Part shown: piece after piece, positions 22,483 through 36,300 of the stretch
Layout: each line of letters begins with the position of its first letter
Numbering within the stretch: the first letter of the stretch is position 1
Assembly (NCBI GenBank): GCA_036172245.1
Contig: JAYWIR010000087.1
Coordinates: 62,001-126,000, forward strand
Direction of reading: 5' to 3'
Origin: Raillietiella orientalis
Taxonomy: Eukaryota
DNA: 64,000 nt
The notes under the pieces: model-generated
What the model was told of the DNA's origin: nothing
Database searches by the model: none
Seen by the model: the letters and a program-made list of their open reading frames with translations, nothing else
Position numbers and translations under genes: made by a program

Positions 22483-25199
22483 CGTCGTCGATGAGCGGTT
22501 TCCCGCCATCGACGTATGCGGCACAATGGAAGTCGCTTCTGCCACTGCTCAACCCTCTGTTGACAAAGTCGAAAAGGAGGGGAGCTAGGCGGTGACGTCC
22601 GTCATCCAGCTCACGCTCGATGACGTCTCCTTCGATCGCGCCGTGGCGAAATACTCGTTTTGTAATTGAAGGTGGGAACCTATCGGATATGTCAGCATGC
22701 GTCCGTTTGAGTGAAGTAGTCCCCGATGGGTTCATTCGTCGGTCTCGAGTGGCGAGAGCAGCATAGTATTTGATGCTGTATGTGGTTTTACGCAAGCATG
22801 GCATCTTCTCCACACTGGTGAAGAAGAAACGGCGACGACCACTACGATACTACGCTTGAAAGAAGCGTCCATACACCCTGGTCGGGCGCCTGCTCTCAAC
22901 TGAACCGCTTCTTGAGCTAAAGTTGAAATACCAAAGAATCAACCCTTTTTGGTATTGCTGTGTGGACGTCGATTCTCTGTTCATTGTATGCTGGTACATT
23001 CGTGCGCCTTACAGCTTTCGCAATCGATCGGATGAGTGCGCTCCTCCTGAGGGGAAGACTGCAGAGAACTTTTCCCCCAGAGAACACCCCTCTTGGCGGC
23101 ATCTATCGTGAAGGTCACCGCTCCGTAATCTATGCATTGCGTTGAAATGGAGCCATCGTATTGAGTTTCCGTATCGCAGCATCCGATATTCTTGGGTTCC
23201 TTCAAAATGGATACGGAAGGAAAAAAAAGCAGTAATGTGCACTGGAAGATGACGGAAACCGTAGTTTATCTAAAGCGGAGAAGTCCCCAGGTAAAGTGCA
23301 AGTCGAGGGCGCAAGGGGACCCCGGCATGCGTGAAATCGCGCACAAATCGTCAAGCTTCAGGACCTGGAGCACGTGGCTCGTTAGTTGAGGCAACGGAGC
23401 GAATGACCGTTGGCATTCCATCGGGCGTATGCTGCCTACGCAGGATCTTGGCGGCATGCAGCCACGCTGTCGCTGTGTTTTCCACAAATCCACATTGGAA
23501 AATTGCTTGAATGTGGAACTGACCGACGCCGAAAAGAAGATCGCGATCCTTGCGAACGGAGCCTTCTGTTTTCATCGAAAACAGAAAAACATGCTTTCGT
23601 GCAGCAAGATAATTCTGGCCGCGAAGTGGGTTTGCACTGCCGAAGACAGCTGCATCTCGGGAAAAGGCACCAAAGCGCGAACAACTGCACCAATCCTCGG
23701 AAACATCTTTGAGAGCCTTTCACAATAGGAAATCTTTCTCTAATGTTGAACGCCCCAAAGCAAGGATTTGCATTCTGTGTCGATCCAGCGGTTTCGCCGA
23801 AGACGTCCCCTGAAGGCACTTCTCTGCGCTGAAGATAGCAGCAACAGCAGCAGAGCTATTCCATCAACCGAATTCTGCAGGATCTGCGGATGCAATGTTC
23901 CACACTCGAACGCTTTCTTGTATTTCCCAGAGAAGCGGAAACAGCATACGGAAGAAGAAGAAGAATTCCTTATTCACAATGTGGGCAGGATGACGTTCGT
24001 AGCTTCCAGACTTGTGCAGATCACGTTTTCTTCAGGAACGCTTTCGTCACGAAGGGCCAAGGGAGAGAGTAGGTGCGTGATGAGAAAACACACGCCTACA
24101 AATTTTTGTTCTCTCGTGCTCTCTTGTTGCTATTTTCGGTTCTCACGTCTGCAAGCACCAAGGTGCTATACTCGTGGATGGCATCAAATGCAACGTCCTC
24201 CGACGGTGTGTTCGTATTCTGTATGTCTCTGTAAAGAAGAGTGGAGCAAAACATTCTTTGCAATAGGAGCGTGCATTTCTTAGATAAATCGGAATGATTC
24301 TTGCCGCACACAGCCACGAATCTCTTAAAGATCCGACGAAAGTCTTTTGTCCACATCATGCTCCCAGACATGTGGGAATCCGATGCGAACAAGTTTTGGC
24401 ACTTACCAAAGAAAGGGTCACAGTGCTAGTCCCATAGTGGGGGATAATATCGATAACAACGTCGACCGAACGCAGATGCACGATGTTTATCTTGAAGTTG
24501 TATGTCGGACGTATCCCAAGCCTTACGGATGTAGCGAGGACCCTGACCTCTACTCTCGAGCTATGCTCGTTCCCCTCCATCGCTGTCTCCTGGTCCTTGC
24601 ACGATCCGCAAATGTCGGGTATCCAGAGCGTTTGCCAACGGAGTCGTCTGTCTTCCTTCCCCTGATCGTCCCAGGCAGTCACAATTGTCTGCGAGCAACT
24701 TCCCGGGAGGACAAGATGGCCTCCGCCTCTGAGACCATGGCTGGTGGCACGTGCGAGCTGCTCCCTGTGGACATGTGTGCCAGTTCGCACTGTTGCGCAA
24801 CAGCGTAGGAGAGGTGGGCTGCGTTCTTCACGAACAAGATTCGCCGGTCACAGGTGCCTGCCCTGCAGGCGCATAGTGCGGGCGCGTTTGCCTGCCAGGT
24901 GTGCGAGGTGCGTGCGCACTCTGCAAAGCGAATCCATGAGGCAGATCGGTGCTCCTGATCGCCTTGCGGAGGGCGACTGTCTCCATCGTGCTGGCGCGCA
25001 GCAGCACACACGTGCACGCCCCAGCCAGTCAAATCACATGCTGGTGAAACGCGGTCCTGGCACGATCCCCAGTTCGCCCCAATCCGCAAGCTTGCCTTCG
25101 GACCGCACGGTTGCCTTCGCAACTCACTCGGTCCCCGGGTTCTATACGAAAAGACGCCTTCTTGTAAATTACGCAAGTGAATTCTCCTTGGGCTGCCTC

Positions 25200-26030
25200 G
25201 AACGGACGTATTTTTTTTCGTACCGCAGCGGTGCGTTTAGGTTAAGTTTGTATGCCCTTTGCGGTCCTTTGAGAGCTAAGATGCCGGATTACGCGTTTTC
25301 TTCGGCTAAACAGAACGAAGGCATTTCGTTTTCTCAACGTATGGAAAGGACAAGCGCCCCCACGAAATGGTACCCCGCTCCTGCGAGGGTTCGCGGCGCT
25401 TTTGCGGAGGCGGCTCCTCCAGCCTTCTTGCGACGGATCAGCAGGCGTACGAAACCGACGAGTACACCCCGTCCCTACTGTGCGAGGTAGGCATCCTATA
25501 TTCTTCCTCGCTTCTTCCTCTAAAGGCTCAGAAAGCGAAACCTCTCCGAGGATGTGGTAGGTGGTCATTCTTTCTGCGGGTAGCGGGCTGCAGCTTGTGG
25601 AGTTGAACTGCAAAAGCGCCTGGGCTCTCTCGACAGCTTGCAATCGGCTTGTCGCAGGGCATGTGACGTTCCGGGGAGCAGTGGGACACTAAGCAGACTA
25701 GAGATCGGCAAGGTACATGTCGATCTGTGTTGTGTGGGGAAACCGAAATACTGAGGGAACTGCGAAGCCACAGGTTACCTCAAGAAGAGATGTCGTCAGC
25801 ATCCAGCATTCCGCTTCTTGTGTGGAAACAAAGTGCGGATGTCGCGGGTGTGTTCTACGCAAACAGCGTCCTCTCCTGATGACAGCAGGCGATTCAGGAG
25901 AAGCACAAAAAAGCGAAAACCCACGCCCATCGGCAAGCGCACGTCCGCAGTGGCGAAGCAGGCGGAGAGCGAAAGTGTGACCGAGGACGGTTGGCTGCTG
26001 GTGACGAAGAAGAAAGGTGCCTCCTTCACC
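25200..26030 (+). mobile_element. Highly decayed family B 5' end and ORF1 remnant
   Basis: GAACGGACGTATTTTTT 5' motif, FAEAA, EDGWLLVTKKK motif shared with other ORF1 copies. Confidence 0.5.
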
Positions 26031-26939
26031 CTTTTTAATTATTGGGGGGCAGTGGCAGGTGACTTCTTTAGAGATTAAAGTGTTTCTGCTGCATCACTGG
26101 AGTGGGAGACCTCTCAGGCCGTAGCTTCACAAAAGTACTCACAGACGTGTCCACGTTCTGCCTACAAGCGCAAGGGGCTGACCAGTGCTCTGAAACTTCA
26201 AGTGTGCTTTCGGATGTCCTGTGTGTCTCTCTTGTTTGAAGGCTGCTATCATTCTTCCCAGGTGGCAACAAAACATGCTACTTTTTTGCACTTCGATCTT
26301 CTGCAAGTGATTCACGTGATCTTTACAGAGCATATTAAGCAGATCGATATGATCGTATTGATGCGGCTGCTATGATGTCACTGCTCTCTCAGTACCTGCG
26401 AAGTCGCGTTCCTAGTAGAATTATTTGTCCATGGTAGCCATCAAAGATGTACGCTTCTGCTGTGAAGGTTTAGGTGTCTAGCTGATTTTAAAGTGCTGTG
26501 AGTGGATTTACGTCGTCGTAAACAACTGATACACTTCCAACGGCAAGAAACGCGAGTAACGCAGAAGGTGATTCGGAGAGCTGTAGAGCGGATAGTTGGC
26601 TGAGTCATTTGTGCACAGAGCCAACCTAATAGATGGGGATCTCAATCTCCAGCTGTTGTGAGGCGCACCTTATGAGCGAAAGCACGTCACCAACGAGCTT
26701 TTAGGGGCAGTGGTCGCACTTAACATGTTGGAGAGAGCACCGAAAATGGATGACAGTGTGCATCACATGTTTCTTGACCATGACTTGCTTCCAAGTCATG
26801 GTCAAGGAATTAGTGAACGGAAATGAGTGGAATCCATCATTTCTTAGCGTAACCGGCTTGAATTCGATGTGCTTCCGCGCAGGAGACCTCCGTCCAAGGA
26901 GCGGTATCTCCCAACGGACTGGTTGAACCTTCCAGTTGC

Positions 26940-27790
26940 GGCGAAAGATCTTCGCTAATTCCTGGAAGACTTCACCTACCATAATGTTAGCGGATGCTGC
27001 CACCCCGATTGCGCCGCCCAATGGACTTGTGCGCTGCAGCGAGCTACTCGGAATACCTCTGGAGGAGGTGAAGTGGCCTTTAAAGCATTGGAAAAAGGGC
27101 ATCCTCCTTTGAAATTGTCAGAAGACGGCGCTGCAAGTGCTGCATTGTGCTCCTTTGCAGAGCACATCTCTCTCAGTGGGCGTCAGGGAACGTGGATGCC
27201 AATTGTGCAGGGTGCGGGGAACGGGAAACCTTCCCTCACGTCCTCATCGAGTGTGTGGCCCTCCGCCAAAGGCAGGATCGACACTCGTCAATTGTGAACA
27301 TTTTTGTGGGGGACCGAGAAGACATTTTCCGTCGCCTTTAGATGCGGAATGCCCTGCCAGCTACCGCGTTTATTGCATTTCTTCGTTTGATACGCAGAAA
27401 CCTGGAGAAGTGGACTTTGTCGAGAAGAGGACACCAAAACCGGATGCAATTCATTGGGCAGTTATCTCCATGTAGAGGGTTTCTCGATGGCGTTGGCTAA
27501 GAAAACATTTACTGGCATTTGTCCTCATCCAAAATTGGATGCAGAGGCCTTCTCGCGGCGTACCGTGATCTCTTCCTTTCCATCCCCACCCCATAGAACT
27601 TTGTCCCTCCCGGCGTTTTTCTTTCTTTCGTTCGTTTTTTGCTTTCCCGCCTCCTTCGTTGGTGTAGACGACCTCATCGACCTGCAAGTCGGTATGGACA
27701 AGTGAAACTACAAAAAAGACCAGATTTTATTCTCGAGTTTCTTGTAAAATTTTAATATTATAAGCCCTGGCTTATTTGGTTGAAAAACCA
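26940..27790 (+). mobile_element. Decayed family B ORF2 C-terminus and 3' UTR
   Basis: CAGCGERETFPHVLIEC CCHC finger, pyrimidine-rich UTR, degenerate terminal motif near 27755-27788. Confidence 0.7.
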
Positions 27791-30239
27791 TAATCCGTTG
27801 AATGGGAGAGTCCCAAGCAATAGATTCGATAGTCTGCGAGAAGGCGCGGCTGCTTAAAGGATGTGTGGAAAGCGCCTGCTATGCAGTGTGAAACTCGCAC
27901 GTCCAAGAGTGCGAGAGCATCTCAGACGTCCTCCGGCTGGCTAAGCACTGACCTGGTGCGGAGAGTCACACCTGACAGTTTGAATTGGCCATTTTATTGG
28001 GAGACCAGTGCCGGATTGCTACGGTACGATAGTCGTTTCATGGCAACGTACTATTGTTCCGTTGACTTCACACCTTTTCTGAAGCAAGATTTTCCTCACC
28101 TTTTGCTGCCGGTTGACGTCTAGGCGATAAGGGATATATACACATTAGGTAGTCTCGACAAGCCTTTCGCGATCAGTGTGATCATCACCGCTATTAAAAA
28201 TTGCAAGGGAGGGAAGGTGCCAGGCGAGAACGACCTGCTTTTTTGCTGTGTCCGTGTTTCACGGCAGAGTTGACCACCCTGGAGCAGAAGTTCTCCCAGC
28301 TGATCCCCGACGAACGGTGGGCGCTGCAACTGCAATTGGTTTGCTAGTGCGTGCTGTTTGCGACACCTCCGCAGGAGCTGAGGTAGCTCACGTAGTCTTG
28401 GTACAGTGCCACGCCCTTGATGACAGGAGTTGGCGTCGCTGATGCTGCATTGGGAAGCAAAGCACGTTTCCGTCATTGGACACGTGAAACTGCGGTTGCC
28501 AAGTAAGATCGATGCGGGGAAAAAAAAAACCTTTCTGCATTTCCTGTTAGACTGTGTTACACTCCCTTTCTCTGAGGATAGCTTCTCGGCGACTCCAGGA
28601 ATCCCGGCTGGAGACTCAAGAGATATTTGCAAACGCCTTTTCACGCGTGCCGCACTACCTCCAGCTTCCTTTATCGCAGTGAGAATAACTATTTGTGGTA
28701 ATGTACGTGAATTTTGGTTTCGAAGTATATAGTGGTGTTGGTTAGGTTGGTAGTTGTGAGTGTGAGTTTATGAATTATTCTTTGGAATGGAGTAGCATTC
28801 ATGGAATGATCGTCAATGGGGTTGGGGAGAAAGAGAGTGATATGTATTGTTTGTTTTGCAAGATAGGTGTTTTCTGTTTCTAGGATATGTAATGGTTGTT
28901 TCTTTTTAGATTATGGTGTACAAATAGAAATATGTGACCTTTTTGTCTTTGAGGTGTGCTGGCGGCGTGGTGCACAAGCAGAGAAGATAGGAATGGTGAA
29001 GACGCCATCCACTTGGCAGCAATCTTCTTGATCACCTTCTCGAGATGGTCCCAATTGTGAGAGATACGTAAACAACTAGGCTTAATATAAAGGATGCTGA
29101 GATCGTCTCCCGAGAAATGTGTGACCACTTTTACTGTGATCTCTCGCCCCCCGGTGGAACTTATTTCTCCATTGTGCATTCTCTGTTGGTTTCTTGTTTT
29201 CGGGTTTTTTCTTCCCTACTGCTATAGAAATGAGGCTCATCCCTCTACGTGGCGGTCATGGCAACTTGAGTGCACATGATGATGCAACAAACTGCTTCGC
29301 CACATCTGAGCACTTAACATTACTGAATAATATATAGTGCCCCTGCAAAACCGTGCTTAACACTTCCAGACGAAGCTAACGACTTTGCTGATGGTCCTGC
29401 TCTGGATTCTGACCATTTCGTTTTTGTCCCTTCCAAAGCGAAGAGTGCGGGATCGAGAGATGCTCCTGCTGCGTACTCCACACAAACCGCTTTCTGGCTT
29501 GCGAGAGCTGTCTTTATATAAGATCATTTCCCCTGTAGCGGTGCTGATGAGGCAGAGCAATGCCACGACGTTCACGCGATATATTGGGTGCGGTTTCACG
29601 GAAAACTGAGCCTTTTCCATGCCAGTGAGTAGTTCTCCCACAAGGCAGGAGTGCGTTGAAAACGATCCAATTTCATCTGCACGAGGAACCATCGCACGAA
29701 AGCAGCCATTCTTTTCGCAAGGAAAGCGACCGATGCGTCCTCAACCGAGGTGCCAGCCTGAATACAGCGGTTGTACGAACATAATTACCTTCATAGCGGT
29801 TCATTTCTCGCTACAAGAACTCGCAAAGGATATTGGAAGGGCTCCATATTCTGCCGATCCATCATTCTACTTGATACTTTCGGAACGATTTCTCTATTTG
29901 CTGCGTGTCCGCCTGTCACACCAGCATGCAGCACTGCTTGCTCGTTGTCGCCTTCTCTTGTTTTCCAGGAACAGCGAGAAGAGAGCTCATCGTTGACCAA
30001 CGAGTGTTGAAGGAGCTGAAGCAGCCCTGCAGCTCGGTCGCGACCTCTGCAAGCGCTCTGCTGCGAACGTACTTCTCGTACTTTGCCCTAGCGTCCGCTA
30101 TCTCATTCGTACATGTTCGCACACGATTTTTCACGGTGCTTCCACGTCTTCTCAATATCGATGTATTGCTGGTAGCACTCTTCACAGTTCACGACATACT
30201 CTTCGTTCCAATTGTATATCTCCAAAAACTTATTTAAGT

Positions 30240-30384
30240 CGAAAATTTCTAGCATCGCATTTTCTTGTGTCCTCCCTTCGTGTCGGGAGCCTTCTCTCCG
30301 ATCTTTTGTTCCCTTTGCCTGGGACCCATGTCCCCAAATGATCCTAATTGTTAATAAACGTTTCGGGGCAACCGGGTAGGAAAG
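30240..30384 (+). mobile_element. Isolated family B 3' terminus
   Basis: AATAAACGTTTCGGGGCAACCGGGTAGGAAA matches the 3' ends at 48274, 52205 and 2265. The left boundary is approximate. Confidence 0.55.
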
Positions 30385-33300
30385 CATCGCATTTTGAAGT
30401 AGAATGTAAAGAAGGGAATCCCCTTTGTATGCCGACGCTTCAGACGTTACATTCCGACAGCCATCATCATCTGTTTGGGATCTCCTATTTCTTCTTCGTA
30501 AGGATGCTATGTTTTGATACATCGTCTCCTAAGCAAACACCATTGAGTTCGCGTCTTTCCGAGTGATCTTGTTGCACGTGTCAGCGCAATCCACTTCTAC
30601 ATAGTCTTCGGATGTTCTTTTATTGCTTCTCTTGTTTTCTTGTGTTTCATGTGGCCAGGTTGTCGGGATATGAGCCACTTCTCTGCTTTCTACAGACATT
30701 CCTATTCGAAGCAGATAGTGGGCAGACTCTCAGACAGGCATCTCCACTGTGTTTAGCATTTTAACGATTGCTCGTTTGGAAAGATCGGTAGATTCTCGAT
30801 CACTAAATTCTTCCTGCAATCTGACCTGCACTCCCTGATGACGACCTATGCCCGGGCTAGTTTTCATAACGTATTCAGCTACGTGTACTTCGCGTGATTG
30901 CTGCTTCAAAATGATCTGCAAGACCATCTAAAAATTAGAAAGAGTATCAGACGACATTTCCTGGTGTTGCTCCAAGATTCCTTCTTTCGGAACTGTACGT
31001 CGCCTATTGCAGCTCAGGGCTGGAGTCCGACTAGAATGTTGACACTGTTCACAAATATGTAGGCCAAGTTGCTCAACCACGCGTATACTGTTTTCTTATT
31101 TATATATTCCTACGTGCATTTCAATTGACAGATAAAGTCTATCCATGTGGAGTTTCAAAGAGCAATCAGCATGCAGCGCTCCTGCAGCCTGGACACTATC
31201 ATTATCAAGAACACTGCAACGTTGTTCACTCGTCCCACAATGGCGGAGCTGCGTTTTTATTATTTTAAACATCTCAGGTGCATGAACAGAGAGCTTGAAA
31301 AGTGCTATCGCTGACTGATTTGGTCTACAGACTGGCAAGTTTCGAAACTGTGGACTCATTCGTTAAGTGCAAAGGGGGATGAGCTTCAAGCGCGTGAACT
31401 TTTGCATTAAAGACGAAGAAATTTCGGAAAAGAATTGCTAATGCACACTCTGAGCCTTCTCGAAATATCACCTGCCAAACAGCTGGAAGACCACGAATTC
31501 GCGCTTGGAAATCGTTCTGCAAGCACGTTCTTTTGCCGGCGCAACACGCGCATGCGCACCGGAACAAATCTGGCGAGTGGTCCAAGGCTGCTTGACAGTG
31601 AGCCACGCAAGCAGCTCCCCGCGCATTTCTCGTACATTTGCGGCTGAGATGCACTCAAGTGGGGGCGAGAACCGGGGAAGACTTCTGCGGGAACATCGCT
31701 GCTTCCCCTGCCGCACGCTGATCGGACCCCTCCGTGGGAACCTGACGCCGCACGGATTCAAATCATCCCGCATGCTGTACCGTTGATGCCGTAAAACGTA
31801 ACATTTTACAGACAAATTACAGAAGGTCCAGCTCTCTTGAAAATCCGGCTTTTGTCATCCCACGGGATTTTAGCTGCTTAGTAGCTGTCGGTCTAGGATG
31901 AGCATGAAGGCCGTCTCCATGCCATCTTTGCCGGCAAATATCATGTCATCAGCGTGCCCGGGTCAGCGCGCGCTTCTCATGGATGTCCATTTTCAGAGCG
32001 AGTGCCCAGGATGCAGAAGGTTGCGCTTCCTTTGATCGCGTTGCATGATGTAAGGCGTGGCTGGAAAGATCTGTTTCAGGCGCATGATGCAGATAGGATC
32101 CCAAGAGGTGTGCTGCTGTTGTAGAAGAGGATTGGGGAGCAAAAGAGGGCAATCGAGATAAAAAGGAACCAAGAGAGGTAGATAGAGGAGGACGGTGGGG
32201 AAGCAAGGAGAGAACGCAAGAATGAGGGGAGGAGGAGGACAAGACTAATAGTAATTTAGGAGAAGTAATAGTAACCTAGGAGGACCTGCATGAAAGAAAA
32301 GAAGAAGTTGAAAAAGAAAACGCTAAAAGGAATGGACTGTGAAAACAAGGAACAGAAGAAAGGGAATGAGGAAGAAAGGAAAGTGAACGCTTCACGGGAT
32401 TTCGTGCCCCAACTCGTTCTATTTCCTTTGCATTTTTTTCTATTTGTTTTGCAACACAGGCAGCATGGAGGCCGCACAGCGAGGGTTATAATCGGGATGA
32501 GGGATGCGAATTTCAAAAGCGCCACTTGTCAGTCGACGCCGATCCAGACTGAGAAGGTCTCCTTCCAAGCACGCCAGCGACCAAGAAATAAAAGAAGGAA
32601 ACATCTCTTTGAAGAATGGATTCGAAAGTTCCTCCTTGGCAACGCAGGAGTGGAAAAAACAGAGTGAGATAAAAGGGTAAAAAACAGGCTTTGCGAGTTC
32701 CTTTGTTTTTTATGATCTCCCCTTCAAGGAACGCACGGTTCTTGCACAGGGCTCTTGCCGTGCAAGCAAGGGTGGCTTTTACGGGTAAATGAAGGAAAAA
32801 AACACAAGATTGGAGGACGATCTGCTTTCTTGGAAAACGAAGGAACCGAAGGTGATAGTGATCTTCGGCCATCCAGGAAGAATGTAAAACTACAACGCCA
32901 CGTTCTGCATTTGGGGACCACCCGCCATCTCCACAGATCGGAAAGCGCATCCCTCGTTCGAGCCTCTGTTTGTTTGCTTCGGCTGTTTCCTCATCTCGAA
33001 AGCAGCCTCGAAAAAAGAAGAAGCATTCGCGGTAAGGAATGGCCCCTCAAATCCTCCGCAGTCGTACACTTATCCTTCCGTCCTCCGTAGCTGGTTGGAT
33101 GCGTTAAGGCAAAAGGAGCAGTCTCAGCATCAAAACGCATTCTTAGGAGCCTTCCCAGAATCTGCAGGTATCTCTATATTACCGTTGATCGACCTCTTCG
33201 GACTGGTCGCTGGCAGGAGAAGTGGACGTGGCGAACGCAGAAGCCGGATGCAATCACCTGACAGTCCATGCGATCCAGAAAACGACGAGATCGACAAGAA

Positions 33301-36300
33301 TTGCGAGTAGGCTGCAACTGATGGTTCGGTCGGCTGACCGCTCACGCACCTACAAAGAGATGTCTCTATAGTCCGCGACATCCGCACCTCAGTCCACCAG
33401 TGGAGGACAAGAACGAGCACGAGAGAAGAAGAGGGAAGGACTCCCTGTCTCTTCATCCACCCACCCATTTTGGTCTGAACGCCTTCGAAATCGGGAACCA
33501 GTGGACGTAGATGAGACAGCTTTAGCATCTTGTCGCCTGAACCTGGGAAAGTAACGTTGGCAGGTTTCTTGGAGCTTGTTGTTCTCAGCCTGGAGACACT
33601 GATCTTGGGTCATTGACTCAAAGATGCGCATCCAATCTGCATCTCCTTGCTAAGGTCTCTAAGATGGACTGCTGAATCGCGACGTGTGGCTGGATCATCT
33701 CAAAGTGGGCAGCTCGACGTCTACTCGAAGGAAATTGACATTCCCAAGCTTCTGTAGTGCGGGATGACTTCCTGTATGGGAATGAGACCCTCGTCTAGCT
33801 TGTAACGCTGAAATGTCGCTTTCTGAATCCCCTGGTGTTTCCTGCACGAAATCTTGAAGTAATATGGGAACTGTGGCGAACGCCTCGATGGTCTTTCCCT
33901 GGGCTCCAGTTCAACCTGCATTTTAGGTATTCGTCCAACTTCTTCCTCTGGAAACCACTAAAACAGAATTCTAAAACCAAAAAGTAACGGAAGAAGCACT
34001 GTTTCTTTATTGAGAGCATACGCTTCTTTTTTATGGCAGGAAGCCTTCATAGTTTTCACGTCTCAATCCACCTACCATCTGATGTCTAAAGAGAAGCTCC
34101 TGCACTTTGCGTCTACATGGAGGCGTTCCTCAACTTGATGTTCCATTTGTCTCAACAGTCTCTTTCTTTATTTCGAAGTGCAGAATTCTATGAATTCTCA
34201 CTCTCTATTTTCCCTCCTTGTCCAATTTCTGCTCCACCCTCTAGTCCTCCTTGTTCGACAACAATCCTTTTACTCCATCTCTTTCTTTTAGTACGCTTCT
34301 TCTTCTCCTTTTCCATACACCGTCCATCTCTTTCACTCTGCGAGATCTTCCCCATCTTTATTCTCCTCCACATCCTCCTCCTTTATCTTCTACTTCTCCT
34401 TTGCATTGTTGCCTTATCTAGTGATCGACAACTGGAACTGCTTCTAACGTAATGGTTTTACCGGGAAGAGGAGGGTTACAACAAATAGCAACCGTCATCT
34501 TTTGGAGATTGCTGCACTTATCAATGCCCTGATTACCGGATTCTAGAATCCATGCGGGTGTATCCAACGTGAGAGCGTGTGCGAGCAACTCTACATATTT
34601 TCCTTTTCTGCATCGTCGTACACAGTGATTCTATCTTTTCGTGTGTTGATGTTCGCAAGAGAATTCTCTTGCATGCTGATTTACCGGAGTGCCCTTGGTA
34701 TGGCTGAGCACTCATCGAATGCACGTTCATCTTTCGTGATGTTCGCAACATGTGCCTCCCTAAATATAATTCCACCTATTTTTCCGCATTCGTGGCAACA
34801 GGAGAATTCGCATGACCTGTTTCCGATGATCTTTCTGATATCTCGGTTTGCAAGCAGAAACTCTGGTTCCATCTGTCTGTGGCACTGATTGTTGATTTCG
34901 TAAGCATCCAGGAGAAGCGCACGTACTTCTCGAGAATCCTCCTGATGTACATTCCAATTTGTGCTTCCAAGCGCTCTCTTGTCTGCGCGGCGAAAACGTT
35001 GCGAAGTGTGAAAAACGAATGCAAGTTGACGGGTCACTTCGGAGAGGCGTGCGCTACTGAATTCACAGTATGCGAATGTAAAAGGAAGGCAAGCAGCCCT
35101 CTTTCTTCATTGCGTGCGCGCACCTTTTTTTTTCTCAGGATGCACGCCGCTCAGCGCGCTCGTACGCAACTCGTAATCTTCACTTTTACAGACATCCACA
35201 ATCCCGCATACCTCGGATCTTTTATATCCCATTCGGTGTAAGTTTGGGTTGAGTTCTCGGTGTTCCTTCCCTCTTTGCGTCTCCATCATCGTCATTTTAC
35301 TTACGTCTACAGCCTCAGCATCCCTTCGCCGTCGTCCCACCATCGCTCCACAGCGGATTAGCTCATTCATGATCTTCCCCTCCCTCATTTCATGTGCACA
35401 CCTTACTCCTTCCTTCCCTCCTTCGACTATCGTTATCGTTTTAAACACTGTCCTTTTTCTTGTGTTCACCTTTCCATTCCTTCTTCGTTTTCCTCCTGGA
35501 TTTCTTCCTTCTTCTTTTTTCCATTCCAATGTGTTGCTATACCCAAACCATTCTCACTCTCCATTTTGCCTCTTCCTCCGTCGCCCTTCCCTTTCACCCG
35601 TAATCATCCCAGTGTTGCGTCTTTATGCTGTTTTCGCATTTTTCTCCTCCGACTTTTCGTTCCCGCTCTCTTTTATCTTGAATCTCTGCACGCGTTTCCA
35701 AGACAGTGCGTTTCTATTCTTCTGTTTGCCTTTCCTCCGCTTCCCTTCCTCATGATGAGACTGCTTCTTGTCTGCGCATGGATTCCGGATGAATTGGCAG
35801 AGGAAGATGCATAGGAATGTGTGCATATTTCCATGAACAATGAACCCGCGCACTGCATTTTCTATTCTTTCGAAAGACGTCCGCATAAAACTGCGTCACT
35901 CTCCACGATCAAGCGGAACGCGAATTTCCACGACACCCTGGAAGCTCAATTTCCGTCGCATCAGAAGAGATCAAGAAGAGCAGCCGCTGACATGCTGCAG
36001 GCATTTCACTCTGTGTATCCCGATGGGAATTACGTCCCATACAACTCCTGACCGTTTCTGGATTCATTATTGTGGCTCTTCAATTGACACGCGAACGCTC
36101 GTAATGCTGATTGCCAGCAATGGAAGCCCCTTGAAGCCTCCAATTTCCTTTGCACATGTCCTTTCGAGTTCGGAGGTGATGGATTCGCTACCGTTGAAGG
36201 ATTTAATGTGCTTCGGAGGGAACCAAAGTTTCTTCTGGAACGACGTCTTCATTTTGACGGGAAATAGGAACGTGCAGATCCCGTGAAAAACGGAATCCAT

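Noticed and set aside
28880..30185. RAG1/Transib-like transposase remnant on the minus strand
   Set aside because: Only a vague resemblance; no catalytic motif could be anchored.
32100..35760. Hydrophobic or Lys/Glu-rich ORFs suggesting membrane proteins
   Set aside because: They arise from purine/pyrimidine-skewed low-complexity tracts and have no recognisable domain.
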